A stretch of DNA of 63,160 bases, the filler included, from Circinaria calcarea (taxonomy: Eukaryota): the NCBI GenBank assembly GCA_051942165.1. It is 3 parts of 3 records of this genome, joined end to end, with 100 filler letters (N's around TTAATTAATTAA, not from the genome) between each part and the next. Parts side by side here need not be neighbours in the genome. Positions count along the whole stretch, not along the records: positions 1 to 21,035 come from JAVECS010000152.1; 2 more parts are not named here. One strand, written 5' to 3'. Below the pieces are notes generated by a model. It saw only the letters and a program-made list of their open reading frames with translations, was not told the DNA's origin and did no database searches. This document shows, in pieces, positions 1 through 12,319 of this stretch (positions are counted from its first letter, which is position 1; the number at the start of each line of letters is the position of its first letter). A program made the position numbers and the translations under genes.

Positions 1-1532
1 TGAGATATGCGTTGACAGCCTGTAGCGTTGCTCGAGACGGATTCGCATCAGGCTTCGAAGCCATGATCCATCCCAGACGGCGACGGATGTAGGTTTTGTC
101 GATTTCTTGGTCGTATGGATGAGGTAGTAACGAACCTATAACACATGGTAGAGTCAGTCTTCCCAAACAGTCTCCTCAGAACACACGTATAGTGTCATAC
201 CGTCATCTGCAAAGTAGAGACATAACACAGCCAAAGCTACTCCGACGGAGAGATCTCGCCCTGTGGAGCAAGCTAGCAGTATAGTTGTTTGTCCTTCTTT
301 TGATAATGCAGACTTTATGAACGGCTGGAGGCGCTGCAACTCCGTTCGTAATGCCCTACTGCCAAGTTTACCACTGCCACAGTCTAGATAGAGCGTGCGA
401 GTTGCATGGTCTTCTTCCTCCGTCTTTGAAATCTTAGTTGATGGCCGTGGTATTCCGCATATAATGCTGCAACTGAATCCATTGCCCAAGTTTTCATTTG
501 CATTCAACGCCCCGAGGTGGACTAGATTCGTTGGCCTAACGACGGCTGTTGAAACCCTTATTTTCTTTGCTTGCTCTTCTGCAATGAGTCGATTTATCAT
601 CTCGGGTATTTCTTCTTCGGGAGTCCTCATCAACTGCTCTTTACTCTGCCAAAACATGACGGGAGTCAGTCCATGAGACCACCCTTCGCTATCATCCCCA
701 GCCCCCTGTATATAGCCCCCTTCCGACATTTCAGCCCCATCAATTCTCCTTGATGCCGTACAACACATTATATAATGATATTCTCCATTTCTCGGTACAG
801 TCGGAAGAGGCTCCTGTTGTGTAATCCAGACAGGTAAGAGTGGTTTTGTCAGTTTTTCTCGTAAAGAGTTTATATCCAATTTTAAATCCTAGCACTCATT
901 TCAGCTAGGTGCTGTATAGTTCCACCCAGTTGCTCTACTTTTATTTCCGTAACGAAGCCCTCAAGCTTTGCTTCAATTTGGGTATGCTCCGAAGCCCCCA
1001 CAAGATCAGATGGTGTGTGCAGTAACTGGCAGTCGGTGATTTCTGGAAAGAGAAGTCTGTTCATGACTACACACCAGATGGGAATTGTCTTTGATAGCGC
1101 ATCTGGCATACTTTTCCCACGTCTGGTAGAATCGACAATGATACACCTATCTTTCAAATAGCGCTCAGCTTTGCTGTGTTCAATCATTTATAGATATTCA
1201 CGGACTCACCCGTCATGCTCCCCTATGATTGTTGCGAGTTGCAGATTCAGTCGCCGCGTGCTGAATCTCCATTGGCCTTGGTGCCCATCTGTGCTCTTAA
1301 AGTACGCACTCCCGTGCTTTTCAACCGGTGCAATGTACCAACTTCCGCATCGTTCGTTGGCTACTATTGGAAGACCATAGTTATCTGCGACACCCTTTAC
1401 AAATTTGGCATCTGCTTCAATGGAGCGCAAACGGTTCTGAACGGATAGCGTTGATCGCTTTAGGGCGGCGAGAGTCTTGGAGAAGTTGTCTGACGCCGTT
1501 GGGAAGATTAAACCTTCGATGGAGCTGGGCAT
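1..1532 (-). CDS. RIT1: tRNA A64-2'-O-ribosylphosphate transferase (Rit1); 4 exons (1532-1210, 1146-939, 888-201, 135-<1), 3' end runs off the window
   Basis: Rit1 motifs LSVQNRLRSI, ANERCGSWY, YFKSTDGHxGQWxFSTRRLN, IIVDSTRRGKSMPDALSKTIPIW, GYIQGAGDDSEGWSHGLTP, CxxGRDLSVGVAL and C-terminal NPSRATLQAVN; GT-AG introns join the three listed ORFs in frame. Confidence 0.95.
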
Positions 1533-2859
1533 CGTTTTGTGGAGAAAATTGAAGAGAGATTGTCATTCTAAATTACTGTTCAAGGCATTTGTGTGTGAGG
1601 CTGGAATGTGATAAAGGGGAGACAGTGGGCTTGGCTTGGCAACGGTCCGCGTTCAGGCTCGGCTAGTTCTACCTTCCATTTATACCTACATGTGCCTAAA
1701 TAGTGTCTCTTGCCTAGAGATTCGTTGTATTGTAACCTTGAGCTGATATCATTAACACTGTCGTCTACGGGTTTATTAGTTTTCTCATCACTCCCTTCAA
1801 CCTTCACCGTCCAGCATCCTACTCAGTACAACAGTCGAAAATTTCGTTCACCTCTGACAACCCACTCATGGCTTCCCTCCCGCTATCAGCTCTAATGTCA
1901 GCCTGATACTATGATAGCTTCGCCGTGTCATTCACAGAGCACGGTGGTCCAGATATGTTCACAGCAGAGCAGGAGGAAACGTCAAGGCGGGAACACTTGA
2001 CTGTTGAGGGCCAGACGGAGCAGTTACCTTACCGGTTCCTGATTCCAACCTGCCTTTTTTCCCATCACAGCTTGCTCTCTTTGACCTCTTCCCTTCATCA
2101 GCTCTGCCATCTGCGAACCTTGAGGATGGCTTGTGGACATCGGAAAGCATACTCCACTAGAAGAGACTTGGCAAATGATACATGACAGATTATCTTGGTC
2201 TTTGTTCAGTCTTGGATGAGTACTGAGCAGCAGCAGTTCTATCTGTTCTCCGTTATTCAAGATATAAGTTAGCTTGTTGAGCTTTCACTCTCATATCAAA
2301 GAGAATCTTAGGCCTATGGGATTCCATTGAGCGTTGGGACACAAGAAAGTCTTCTATTTGTTTCACACTGGTTGGTTCTTCATACATTCATCAATACCTT
2401 ACAGAAGTAAGTATTTCACCCATCATCTATACTATTGGGTTAAGTTACTGACTGCCAAAGAAACAGGTTTTTCACCCGCAACTGACTTCAATCAAATTTC
2501 CTATCCGCTATTATAAATAGGTGTATTCCTGCAAGCATCTCTTTTTGAGGCCACCTCACACCGGTGCCATTGACGAAGAAGAACATAGGCTTGCATGACA
2601 GAGGACCGCCCGGCTTTGCTTCTGGGAGCCGAATAAGGAGTATCTGGTTCCGGCCAAAGAACCGTAACGTTTGTCGTAAAGGATTGCATTAGGATTTCCT
2701 CACAGCACGAACCAGATCAACCTTGTCCTTCAGATGAAGCTTCCTGGTAACCAATAAGAGTCGGGTAAACCATACCTTGGCCGTGAGCGAGACTCCAAAA
2801 ACGCAATTTTGGAAGCAACTGTTTACCTTGCCCTAGCCATGTTTCCCAGGTGACACCAG

Positions 2860-3687
2860 TCAGTTACGCGGTATACACGCTCGGAGATCCTTGGAGCTGA
2901 CATTGGCGTTTTCGCGACGGATGGCTTCTAGAAACTGTCCTCGATCTCAGACGATGAGGTAGCCAGTATATTCACATACTTTTTAGCTAGATGGTTGTCT
3001 ATATCAAAACAATTTGGCCAGCATGGGACCATACTGGCCCATCCGTGTGAGGAAGCGGTTTGAGAGGGCACAGCAGAAACGTAAACTTCGGCCGGTGCTG
3101 TCTTGAAAGGCCTCTGAAAATGTAAGAAAGTACAGCACAAGGTAAGAAACTGATCTAGTACTTAGGTCTTTTGAGCCGAGAGAAAGAATGCCACATCAAT
3201 TCTCCTAGACTTTTCGCCGCTAGGTAGTCTGGCATTGGTTAACAGCATGGATGGTGTGGCTGTTCGAGCAACCCGCCATAACTCCTTTGACGGCTCACTT
3301 CCTTATCATTTCTCGCCAAATGTCGTTATGATAAACTGCGGGTACTACTGGTTATTAACCAACCTTGAAAAAACGACTCGGACGTCCGGCGGGCGCTGAC
3401 TCCACACTTGATCCATCTCATCATAATACGCAAAACTTCCCTGGATCAAATACCGCACGTCTCTTTTCGGGTACCGGTCTGCTCCGGTCTTGCAGCCTAG
3501 GTCTGCTATTCTTCTTGCTGGCTTTGATTTGTATGGATGTAATCCGAGGCTCAAATTTCTCGTACGCTGCTAGCAGTTGCAGTTCTTGTGGCACTAGGTC
3601 CCTTGACAAATCAGCACCTTTTGAGACCAAAGTCACACGGCCACGTACTATTATTTGAGGCTTGGGTGTCGACGTTAATATTGCCAT
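2860..3687 (-). pseudogene. Array copy P1: degraded paralogue of the unknown tandem family
   Basis: Reverse strand gives RDVRYLIQGSFAYYDEMDQVW|intron|VPAVYHNDIWREMI (3344-3300) and, across frameshifts, WSHAGQIV-DIDNHLAKKYVNILATSSSEIE-LEAIRRENANVSSKDLRACIPR (3035-2870); several frameshifts and stops; a weak C-terminal remnant may lie at ~2150-2250. Confidence 0.8.
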
Positions 3688-4426
3688 ATGGATTGGTCAT
3701 CATCCACCTCCACGTCAGTTTGACTACTCTCTCGGATCACCTTTATTGAGTCAAATCTAGCAGCCTTGCCACAGGAAAAGCACTATCTGCTATGCTAGGG
3801 ATTTGCTGGATGTAAGTAGCCTCAGGTTTGGAGGTATTTTACGAGAGGAAACAAAGCACAGCCGTAAAGTTGTGTTAACCAACGTTTGGAATATATTGAT
3901 AACGGACCTCTGAATAAGTCGTATCGCGGTCTCGGTGGTGTGAGTTCGATGTTCAAACAGCTGGCGAGCTGCCGTCTTCTGCTGTCTGGGATGATGATAA
4001 TGTTGTAGGTGGAGCACGCGATGGTAAGCACCATTGAAGGTAGAGATTGACCGTTGTTTAGCCGCTAACTGTATCTAGCGAGACTACCAAGGGTTTCTCC
4101 GAGAGGTCGGCCCTATTATCAGCCAGTACGTGCTTTTCTAGCCTTGGTGCTGTTATAGCAGGACTCACCGAAGCCCAAATGGTCGAATGGCGGTACGAGG
4201 TTCACGAATAAGACCAATACTAACAGTACTAAAAAGAGGTATTCACAGACTAAAAGGGGTGATATACTCAGTGGGGCTAAGCTTCCATTGAAATCCGAGA
4301 AACTGCGAAAAGAGGTATAAATTCCATGAGCGATGAGTCTGTTCTATTCGTCTATCGATGGTTTATTGAGACATGCCCAGGCGGTGCTCTAGTTGACTTT
4401 CTCTGACCTACAGAAATTTGGCAGAG

Positions 4427-6481
4427 TTACATTGCCGAAAACGCAAAGCGTTTTAAAGAATAAGGATCAAAACCGAAGTACTCATCCTCTTCGGCATATG
4501 GATCGAACGTGTCGGTCTCATAGTGTTTATTATCGCCCTCAACCTCGTTACAATTCTCCTGCGGGAGAACTGCTCTATGACCTGGTTCTGCTTGCTGCCC
4601 TTCCCCTAGCACCTCATCCATCGCATATCCCAAAGAATGGGTGTGTGATTGCGCGCTTTCAGGATTGTGGTCGCTTTCGGACTTTTGGCGGTTGATTGCC
4701 AATGGAGAATGCATCGGTATCGTGGTGATGGTGGAGAATGAGGAGTTGTAGCTCGAAGCTAAGTAAAGCTCCGGAGTATTCGTGCTGCTCTCCACACCCA
4801 GGAGAAGTGGGTCAATGGCGGATATTGCGAGTGCAGCACCTCCATGTGCGTCGTCGCGTTTGCTTCCTTCACCCGGCGTTACTCCTTGAGGTACAGCCCT
4901 GTAAAAGCCGCCAATGTTGCGGTCGATCAAACTGTTCTGTCGAGGTAAAGAGTGTTTCACTGCCCTGCGCTTTCCTGCCTTCCTATTTGGCTTCCCTTCA
5001 AGTCAGTCAGGCTTCTTCGTGGCACTGTCGTGTGATTTGTGGTTCTGGTTTGCGATATTCACCTGATCTCGTCGCAACCGCTTATGACCAGCTTCCGGAT
5101 CTCCATGAGCGGGATCATCAGAGTTGGAGAAGCCCTGGTCACCTGGGCAATCACCCACGGCATTCTCAGCTTCACAGCGCTTCCGTTTGGTGTTCAGCGT
5201 CTTGGCCGCAATTTCCGACTCTTGCCTAGCCAGTATAGTATAATGGATTAGCGCACTGCCTTCTGTCTGACCACTAGGTGATAATGCAGCTCGGTTGCGA
5301 GCGCGGTACTTGAAGTTCCCTTTATTCGGCAGTTGCATGTCCAGGATCTCTTCTCCAGTCAAGTCGCTGAACCCTTGAGTAGAATTGGCTGCCACCACGG
5401 GGCTGGAGCAAGTTCACCAGATAACTCTCAAAGACATCGCTCCCTGCCCTCTTTGTCCACGAAAGGCATCCGGCCAGTTCCCTGAGCCGTACCATACGCA
5501 CTGAGATGGCATCTATGCTCCACATGGGTTGCTTGCCGGGACCAAGGTGATGTGGCATTCTCGCTCGAAAGTCTTAGGACTAATTCGAGGATCAAGTCGC
5601 CTGATTGCTTCCATATTGTACGCTTCCATTTGTGAGGAGCAAGCGAGTGGTATCTCGGGATAGTCCTTTACTGGATGGTTGTCGACGTCTAGCACAATCT
5701 GATCTTCATAATACCATGGTTCTGCGGTTTTTCCACGTTTGTTCCGCAGTTGGGTTGATTTGAAAGAGTATCGGTGGGCGATGTTCTCGATCGGAGCCCC
5801 CTAGTCAAATCAGTAAGGAATATCTTTTTAATCTCTTAAAGAAGTACCAGTCGCGCTAACTTGCCAAGTAGCACCTTACATCAAGGTCATCATGCCCTCG
5901 AGCTCGTGGATGAGCTAGCTATTATTAGAATTTTGTGCTTACCTGAGCGTTGGAGCTACAACACTTACTATAGGTACCCAGTTGATATGCCGCCTCGATG
6001 AGCTGCTGTCGAACTTGCTCATGGTAGATTGCGGGTTCTAGAAGCATGAGCATTGACGTAACAGTTAGGGAGGGCTAAGAGAACTTACGCCAATACTCTT
6101 GAATATTCTTACGGTAGTGCATGCCACTACTTTCATCGTATCTCACTTGTCCTCTAAGTCTGCTGTCTGAGCCTACTGGCCTTGTCAGCAGCCTGAGAGA
6201 AATACAGATCTCAGCGTCTGCATTCTCACCATTTGGAACATTGGGCATACTCCCCATTGGTCCGTCGTCATTGGCTATGTTTACATGGTCTTGTGGGCCA
6301 TTCTTAGCTTCGTCATCAACATACAGGGTTAAGCGACTCACCACAACTCTGGTTTACTAGAATTTCATCCGTCCTAGTTGGCGACCTATATGTCCGAGCT
6401 GAAGGAGTCAGTGACGATCAATCCATGTTGACTGAGACTGTGGTTACCCGCAACACCTACAGCACCTGCAACAGCGAGCAT
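4427..6481 (-). pseudogene. Array copy P2: near full-length pseudogene of the unknown tandem family
   Basis: Exons GQVRYDESSGMHYRKNIQEYW | EPAIYHEQVRQQLIEAAYQLGTY | ... PWYYEDQIVLDVDNHPVKDYPEIPLACSSQMEAYNMEAIRR; frameshifts near 5575 and 5400, in-frame TGA at 5003-5005, TAG in the ~5860 exon; putative start ATGCTCGCTGTTGCAG|GT at 6481 mirrors P3 exon 1. Confidence 0.85.
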
Positions 6482-7548
6482 GATGGGTTCGAGCTAGAGA
6501 GCTTCCACTTCAAAGGCCGACAGAATGTAGCAAGCCCGCCATAAGCTTACGATAATGTTACAGCGAAGAGCTGTTGGAGTATGCGAGAAGCAGGTGGAAG
6601 ATCCACTTCAATGTTAAGGAACTTCGGAGAAAGTCAGGCGAAGTAATTGGTATGGGGTGGCTGGGAAAATCGCCGCTTTCAGAGTTATCGGGTATATGAG
6701 TCTATCTCCCTGCCAAGCACTAAACCCTATTTAGGCGAATTATCCAGGGTTATTCTCGCCAACTTTATTCGCGGCCAATTATTAGGCTTTAATACTATAT
6801 ATTTATAAGGACATGCGCCGACTCCCGGAGTTCAGTGTCGAGGAAAAGTCCGAATTGAGAAAAATGCAAGATTTATGATAAAAGACTATTGCGGAGTATA
6901 GATATTAGGAAAGTCCAACGGTCTGGAATTTACATTAACCTGAGCATGAAGGAATGGGCCTCAAGCGGGGAGCAAAGAAGTCCTTTCTGCGTGGATGCGT
7001 TTATCCAACATAGTAAAATACGCCTTCCTAGGTCACCATGGCACGATCAAGGAATAACAAGGGGTATCTTAAAAGACAGCGTAAACTACCGATGAGCTTA
7101 TCTACGGAAGGATTAGAGAGGTAAATAAGAAGGAAGAGTAAAGAGAGTGCTGTTATTAATGCTGCGATAAGCATTCACCGTCTAAGGGATTTAAATTTCA
7201 AAGCCCAAGCCAAGCTACCCCAAATATGATATTCCCATCACCGGACTCCTGGGGGACCAGCCTTAAAAAGAGGCCACCCTGAGTACCTGTTCTCCTTCCA
7301 GTGTCATTCTCGATCTGCTCAATCAGTTGAGCTTGCTTATTTTCGTGGTGTTAAGTGCCAGGGTATCATCCTTGAATAATGTCTCCCATAAGACCGTTTC
7401 GACTGGGATAACGATGGAAGCAGAGCAAATTTTTGCAATCAACTCTTGTTCCCAAACGAACTCCGTGAAACTGAAATGAAAGAGAGGGAGAGAGAGTTGC
7501 CGACGAATTCATGCCGGTAAGAGTGAGGCGTCCATGAAATTTGGTGAC

Positions 7549-9716
7549 TCAAATGAAGGTTCTGTGACGGCTCAGCCAGAGTATACTTTCCTCTGCGGAC
7601 GTCTGAAAATCGATTGGGCTATCATCACGTGGATAGTATGGCATCGGTGCACATGAGGCGTCGGAACCATTTCGGATATCTAGGCCTGGATGAGCATTGT
7701 GTCGAGGTTGTTCGTCGACTTCGATGCTTGGTATTAGTGGCTGACTTGGGATGAACTGCACACTGGAACTAGTGGCTTCGGTAACTCGTGCTGGTGGCAG
7801 CTTCTGACCAGGGGTTGGGATTGCGAGGCCCCGAAATTGAGGATCGATGAGTTCAAGTGGTTTCTCTTCTTCCTGTTTGCGTTCCTCTCCAACAATTTCA
7901 GGCCCAGCCACGGGAATCAAGCCGGGTCGGGAGTTGGTTGATTGGTCAGAATGCTCGGTGGCAATTGGAAGCTGCCTACCATATGCATATTGTGATGGTT
8001 CATGGTGCTGAACAGCCAATGATAGCCCATCGCTCTCAACGTCATACAAGTTGGGCTGATGTCGCTGGTCGCGATAAGGCTGGTAGTGCTGGAGGTTCCG
8101 GTTATACTCATGCTGGAAATCCGGTGCGTAGCCCGGAGAGAGCGCAAACAGGCTGGATCGATTAGAGGTGCCTCTATGATGCGATATCATAGATGCTGAT
8201 ATGCCTGATTGATTCCTTCGTCGATGTCGACGGGGTGGTAGGTCAACAGCAACATTATCTTGGTGATCCAAGTCACTGAATGCCGTCCGATGTCTATTGG
8301 TGTTCTCCTCACTTCGTCGAGTTCGCTTTCGACGGTGTTCGACAATAGGGCTCGCAATTATTCCACTGACTATAATAGTGTCACCTATCTCTTCCTCCTC
8401 AGCGAAGATGTTCGTTTCTATCCCGCGTAGAAGTGGTGCATGATCCCGCCTGCGCTTTTTCCCAGCTCTTACATCTTGCAGACTCACATCTGGTTCCGTA
8501 TGGGGATCCAGAGCTCGGGCTCCAGCTCGTTCCGGAAGCAGGTCCTTATTCAAGAGCGATATGCCCTTCAGTTCCTCTTTCGTGAGGTCCCTGAAACCTT
8601 TGGAGCAGTTAGATTCCAAACAGGACGCCGGATAGAGCTCCACCATAAAGCGACGGATCGTGTCGCTTCCAGCTTTAGTATCCCAGCACAAAGAGCCGGT
8701 CAATGTTCTGAATCGCCATTGACGATTCGACAATGCTGTGACGACACATAGTGGTCTCGGGTAGCCCTCCCGGTGCTTTTTATTGGGCATCCTGGCGCGG
8801 AAGTCTTTGTGGGTGATGTACGCATTGGTACGCCTGATAGCCTCCATCAGGGCTCCTTCCATCGCTTCGGCACAAGTCAAAGGGATTTCCGTATATGATT
8901 TCACAGGATGGTTGTCGGGATCAAGGACAATCCTCCCATTGTCATACCAGTGTTGTGCCCTTGACCTAGGTCTCTTGTCTGGTGGGAATATCGCGTTCAA
9001 AACATCCGGCCACTGGTTTCTGGATGCAAATCCCCTATTAATATTAGCGAGGAGGAGTTACTTGGAGTATAGCTCCTTACCAAGACTTTTGGCTTGCGAG
9101 ATAAGATGTTCTATCCAATGGATTTTCTCCCTTCGCGCGTGGGTAATCTGACCAAACTTAGACAAGTGTTAACCTCAACAGGCATTGACTTACCATAAGT
9201 ACCGAGTCGATCAGTTTCTTCAAGCAAACGAGCTCGAATATCATCGTGGAACACCGCAGCTTCTGAGTAAAGAAGTTAGCTTCTTGTAGTACGTACAGAG
9301 GGATAGCAAAGGACAGTATCGAGAAGGAACAGAGATAAGCACCAATGGAAACTAAAGATCAACGTACCCCAGGCGTTGCGATCGTCTTTGCGATAAAACA
9401 TATTCCCGGCCTGGTCGTATCGGATCTGATACTTGGAATTTCCATCTGAGCTTGTTGGCTTGTTGTGCTCTGCTACTTTGAGTGCTTGTTTCGATTCGGT
9501 CTTAACACAGAGCCGTGTTTGATCATCGGTCTCATCTGCAGGATATTACAACGACGAAGGTGTACGAATTGATTCTCTTCTTACCCTCGACACTCTGCTT
9601 AGCTACGTCTGAAGCATGACGTCTGTTGTTGTTTCCCCTGGCAGCTTGTGCTTCGCGAACCGTTAGGATTCATGAGTATTATGGGGAATTGTAAGCTTAC
9701 CTGTAACAGTTGCCAT
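7549..9716 (-). CDS. Array copy P3: apparently intact ~600-aa protein of unknown family (6 exons) with conserved core, basic NLS-like clusters and a long disordered tail
   Basis: ATG at 9716; five GT-AG introns give an open frame MATVT-AQAARG...-...QIRYDQAGNMFYRKDDRNAW-EAAVFHDDIRARLLEETDRLGTY-DYPRAKG...SQKSW-GFASRNQWPDVLNAIF, joining the 483-aa ORF 7549-9000; KKRRR, RRKRTRR and RRHRRR clusters. Confidence 0.85.
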
Positions 9717-10559
9717 AATGGAGCCCGAAATCAGGTTGCCTGAAGAAAGGCCCACAGTGTGTAAGGGCCTCGTCATTTGGGCTGGACGCCTTCAGTTACA
9801 CAGTGTTTATCTATACAAGCTTCGTTGGTATCGGCGTTCTCTCGCAAGTATTCTCTGCTCTTTGCTTCTGTTCAAATCTTTTCAAATCTGATCTAAAGCT
9901 TGAGACGGGAAGTTGCGATGAAGCCAATGGTGATGGTGGAAGAGAAAAGAATGGGGGGGTTGGTTGTTACCGGATATATAGATCATCGGCCTAATGCCCT
10001 AAGCGAGAAGCATTGACCCTACGTACATGGGGTGTTGAGTTCGGGGAATAGGTCACCGAATTGGAGGTGGCTGGCTCGCAAGTTATGGCATGGTGAACGC
10101 GCCTGCTCGGTCCTAATGGGAAGCTCGTCTATTGTTTTGAGGGATATACAAGTTGTCTGTAGCGAATAAGTCTAAAAAGGGGCTTCCTATACGAAGGATT
10201 TATTGTCATATATATTGGACCTGGATATTTTAAGCACGGGAGAAGGTAGATGTGTACCGGGTCTATTGGGGGAAAAGGGGGGTGACAATAAGGTATATTA
10301 TGTCCCAAAGGGGCTATAACAAGTAGGTTTTGGTAGGTCTCCTTTCAGATGAAACGATTTAATGAATAGTTACTAAATAAAATAATGGGCCACAATATGG
10401 GTTTATGGCTTAATCATCTTCGCGCGGGCTAATCTCTTCACAAAAATTATCCTGTTGATCTCTGTTTGCTTTCAGCCAAAGACTTCCCCATTCACGCCAG
10501 CTAGGTTGACTTCGACGGTTGGGGGCGCTTTGCTGCACCTGATACATAATGGGAAGAAC

Positions 10560-10800
10560 GCGAGAACAGCATCAGACTTGGTACACTATCCTGAGCTCCA
10601 AAAGATCCGTAGAAGTCCAGCCATATATCTTGAATGCTATACTCCTGGTCGACGTCGTAGGCAGTCGGGTTTCTAACTGGGTAGTTTTGGTGTGTCCACG
10701 TCGTGAACTGTCTCGTGTCGGCGCCAGAGATGCCGAAGTAATGGATGGCCTCAGTCTCCCCCTGGGCGTACAACAACGAATATCGTGCTTGGAGACAACA
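10560..10800 (-). pseudogene. Array fragment P4: isolated C-terminal module
   Basis: LYAQGETEAIH...DTRQFTTWTHQNYPVRNPTAYDVDQEYSIQ aligns with P5 LYAAGDTEAH...PTREEYMALTSQDAPATDPASFCVDQWATIQ. Confidence 0.6.
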
Positions 10801-11179
10801 TTAGTGTCTGAATAGATGTACAAATTTCTGGAAGCGAGTTCTATTAAAAGCGGCTTACCTCGACCAAGACGTTACTCCTATAATTCTTAAAAATCGGATG
10901 TTTTGAGGATGTGAGAAAGCGAAGGGCAAGGGGGAACGTCCATCAAAGGGTGAAAGAGAAGGAGTATGCAAGGTATACCATCCTGACAGAGCTGTAGTGA
11001 CTATAACCCTAGCAAGCTCTCTCCCCGAATGGTTTGGAGATGGAGGATCTGTTAACCAGAGGATCAACTAGTGCGGGAAATTTTGATTGACTAATGATAT
11101 GCAAAATTATTATGACAAATAATGCTACTTCTCTTAGCTAAGTTATCCCTCCCCGATCTCACTCAAAAATCGCTTGCAC

Positions 11180-12110
11180 CTAGTCATCGAAATCAATCTC
11201 GATTCCCAAAGGGGCTTCACTCCAGACTATGCGTCGTCGAGAGCATGCGATCACAGAGATGAGACAGATAATCTCTTGGTGATGGTTAGGAGTTACGTAG
11301 GACTGCGAGAATACTTACTGGATGGTAGCCCACTGATCAACACAGAACGACGCTGGATCAGTGGCAGGAGCATCCTGAGAAGTCAAAGCCATATACTCTT
11401 CCCGTGTAGGTTCAACAAGGTAAAACACCGGCAGCTGGTGTGCCTCGGTATCTCCAGCGGCATAGAGAAACCATGCCTCATGATCAGACACCACGTCCGC
11501 AGTGAGTTCCTCGAGGTCACCAGTTACGTATTCATCCGCTGCCAATCCTTGCTTTTCCTCGAGTCTTAATTCTGTGTTCTCGTCAATGATGAGCTGTGAT
11601 TCAGCTGAGAGGTCCGATGCTTCCTCGAAGCTGGCATGCGCTGCAAGATCTTCTCCTTCAGCAGGCGTAACCACATCGTTCATGACTTGGGATGACGCAG
11701 GATATAGCGTCTCGACTGAGCCTTTACTGGCATGCACATCAGTCTCAGAATTCGTCGAGATTTTGCGCTCTCAATATCTCGGTTGTTTTTGGCCTCCATT
11801 GTCTCTATCGGACTTTGCATTGAGCCTTGGCACTTCGCCAGCGCTACATCATAAGCTTGGTTTTCTTGAACGCTGAGAAGTCTTTGTCATACCGGGTTCT
11901 CTCGGGATTCTAACCCACGCCAACCACGGCCATCTCCGCGATTTCGTAAGGATAAAGATCACGGTGCTCCTTAAATAGAGTAGCAAATCATACACAACAC
12001 CGGTAGATTCTCGTCCAAATATGATTTGAGGGCCTCACTACTCTCCTTTTTGTTCCAGGAAACATCCCAGACCTCTCCCTGAAGCGCGTCATTCTCATCC
12101 CAACTGTTAC
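11180..12110 (-). pseudogene. Array copy P5: 5'-truncated paralogue (second half of core, acidic tract, C-terminal module)
   Basis: VGMRMTRFRERSG / SWNKKESSEALKSYLDENLP / KEHRDLYPYEI across frameshifts at 12110-11940; ORF 11315-11737 carries the acidic stretch and EPTREEY...TDP...DQW, followed by TAA. Confidence 0.8.
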
Positions 12111-12319
12111 AATTCGAATTGGGTCTCGACCAGGATTCTGTTGGAAGTTATAGGGCTTACCGAAACATGTGTTGCATAGGAGGTCCATGCTCAAAACTTC
12201 CTACACATACCATAAAAGCACTTTTCATTGCGTAGATAGCTTAGATAGTTACACACGTATATAGCATGAATGCCACCACACATTACTGCATGTTCAACAA
12301 ATGCAGCCTTTAGTATATA

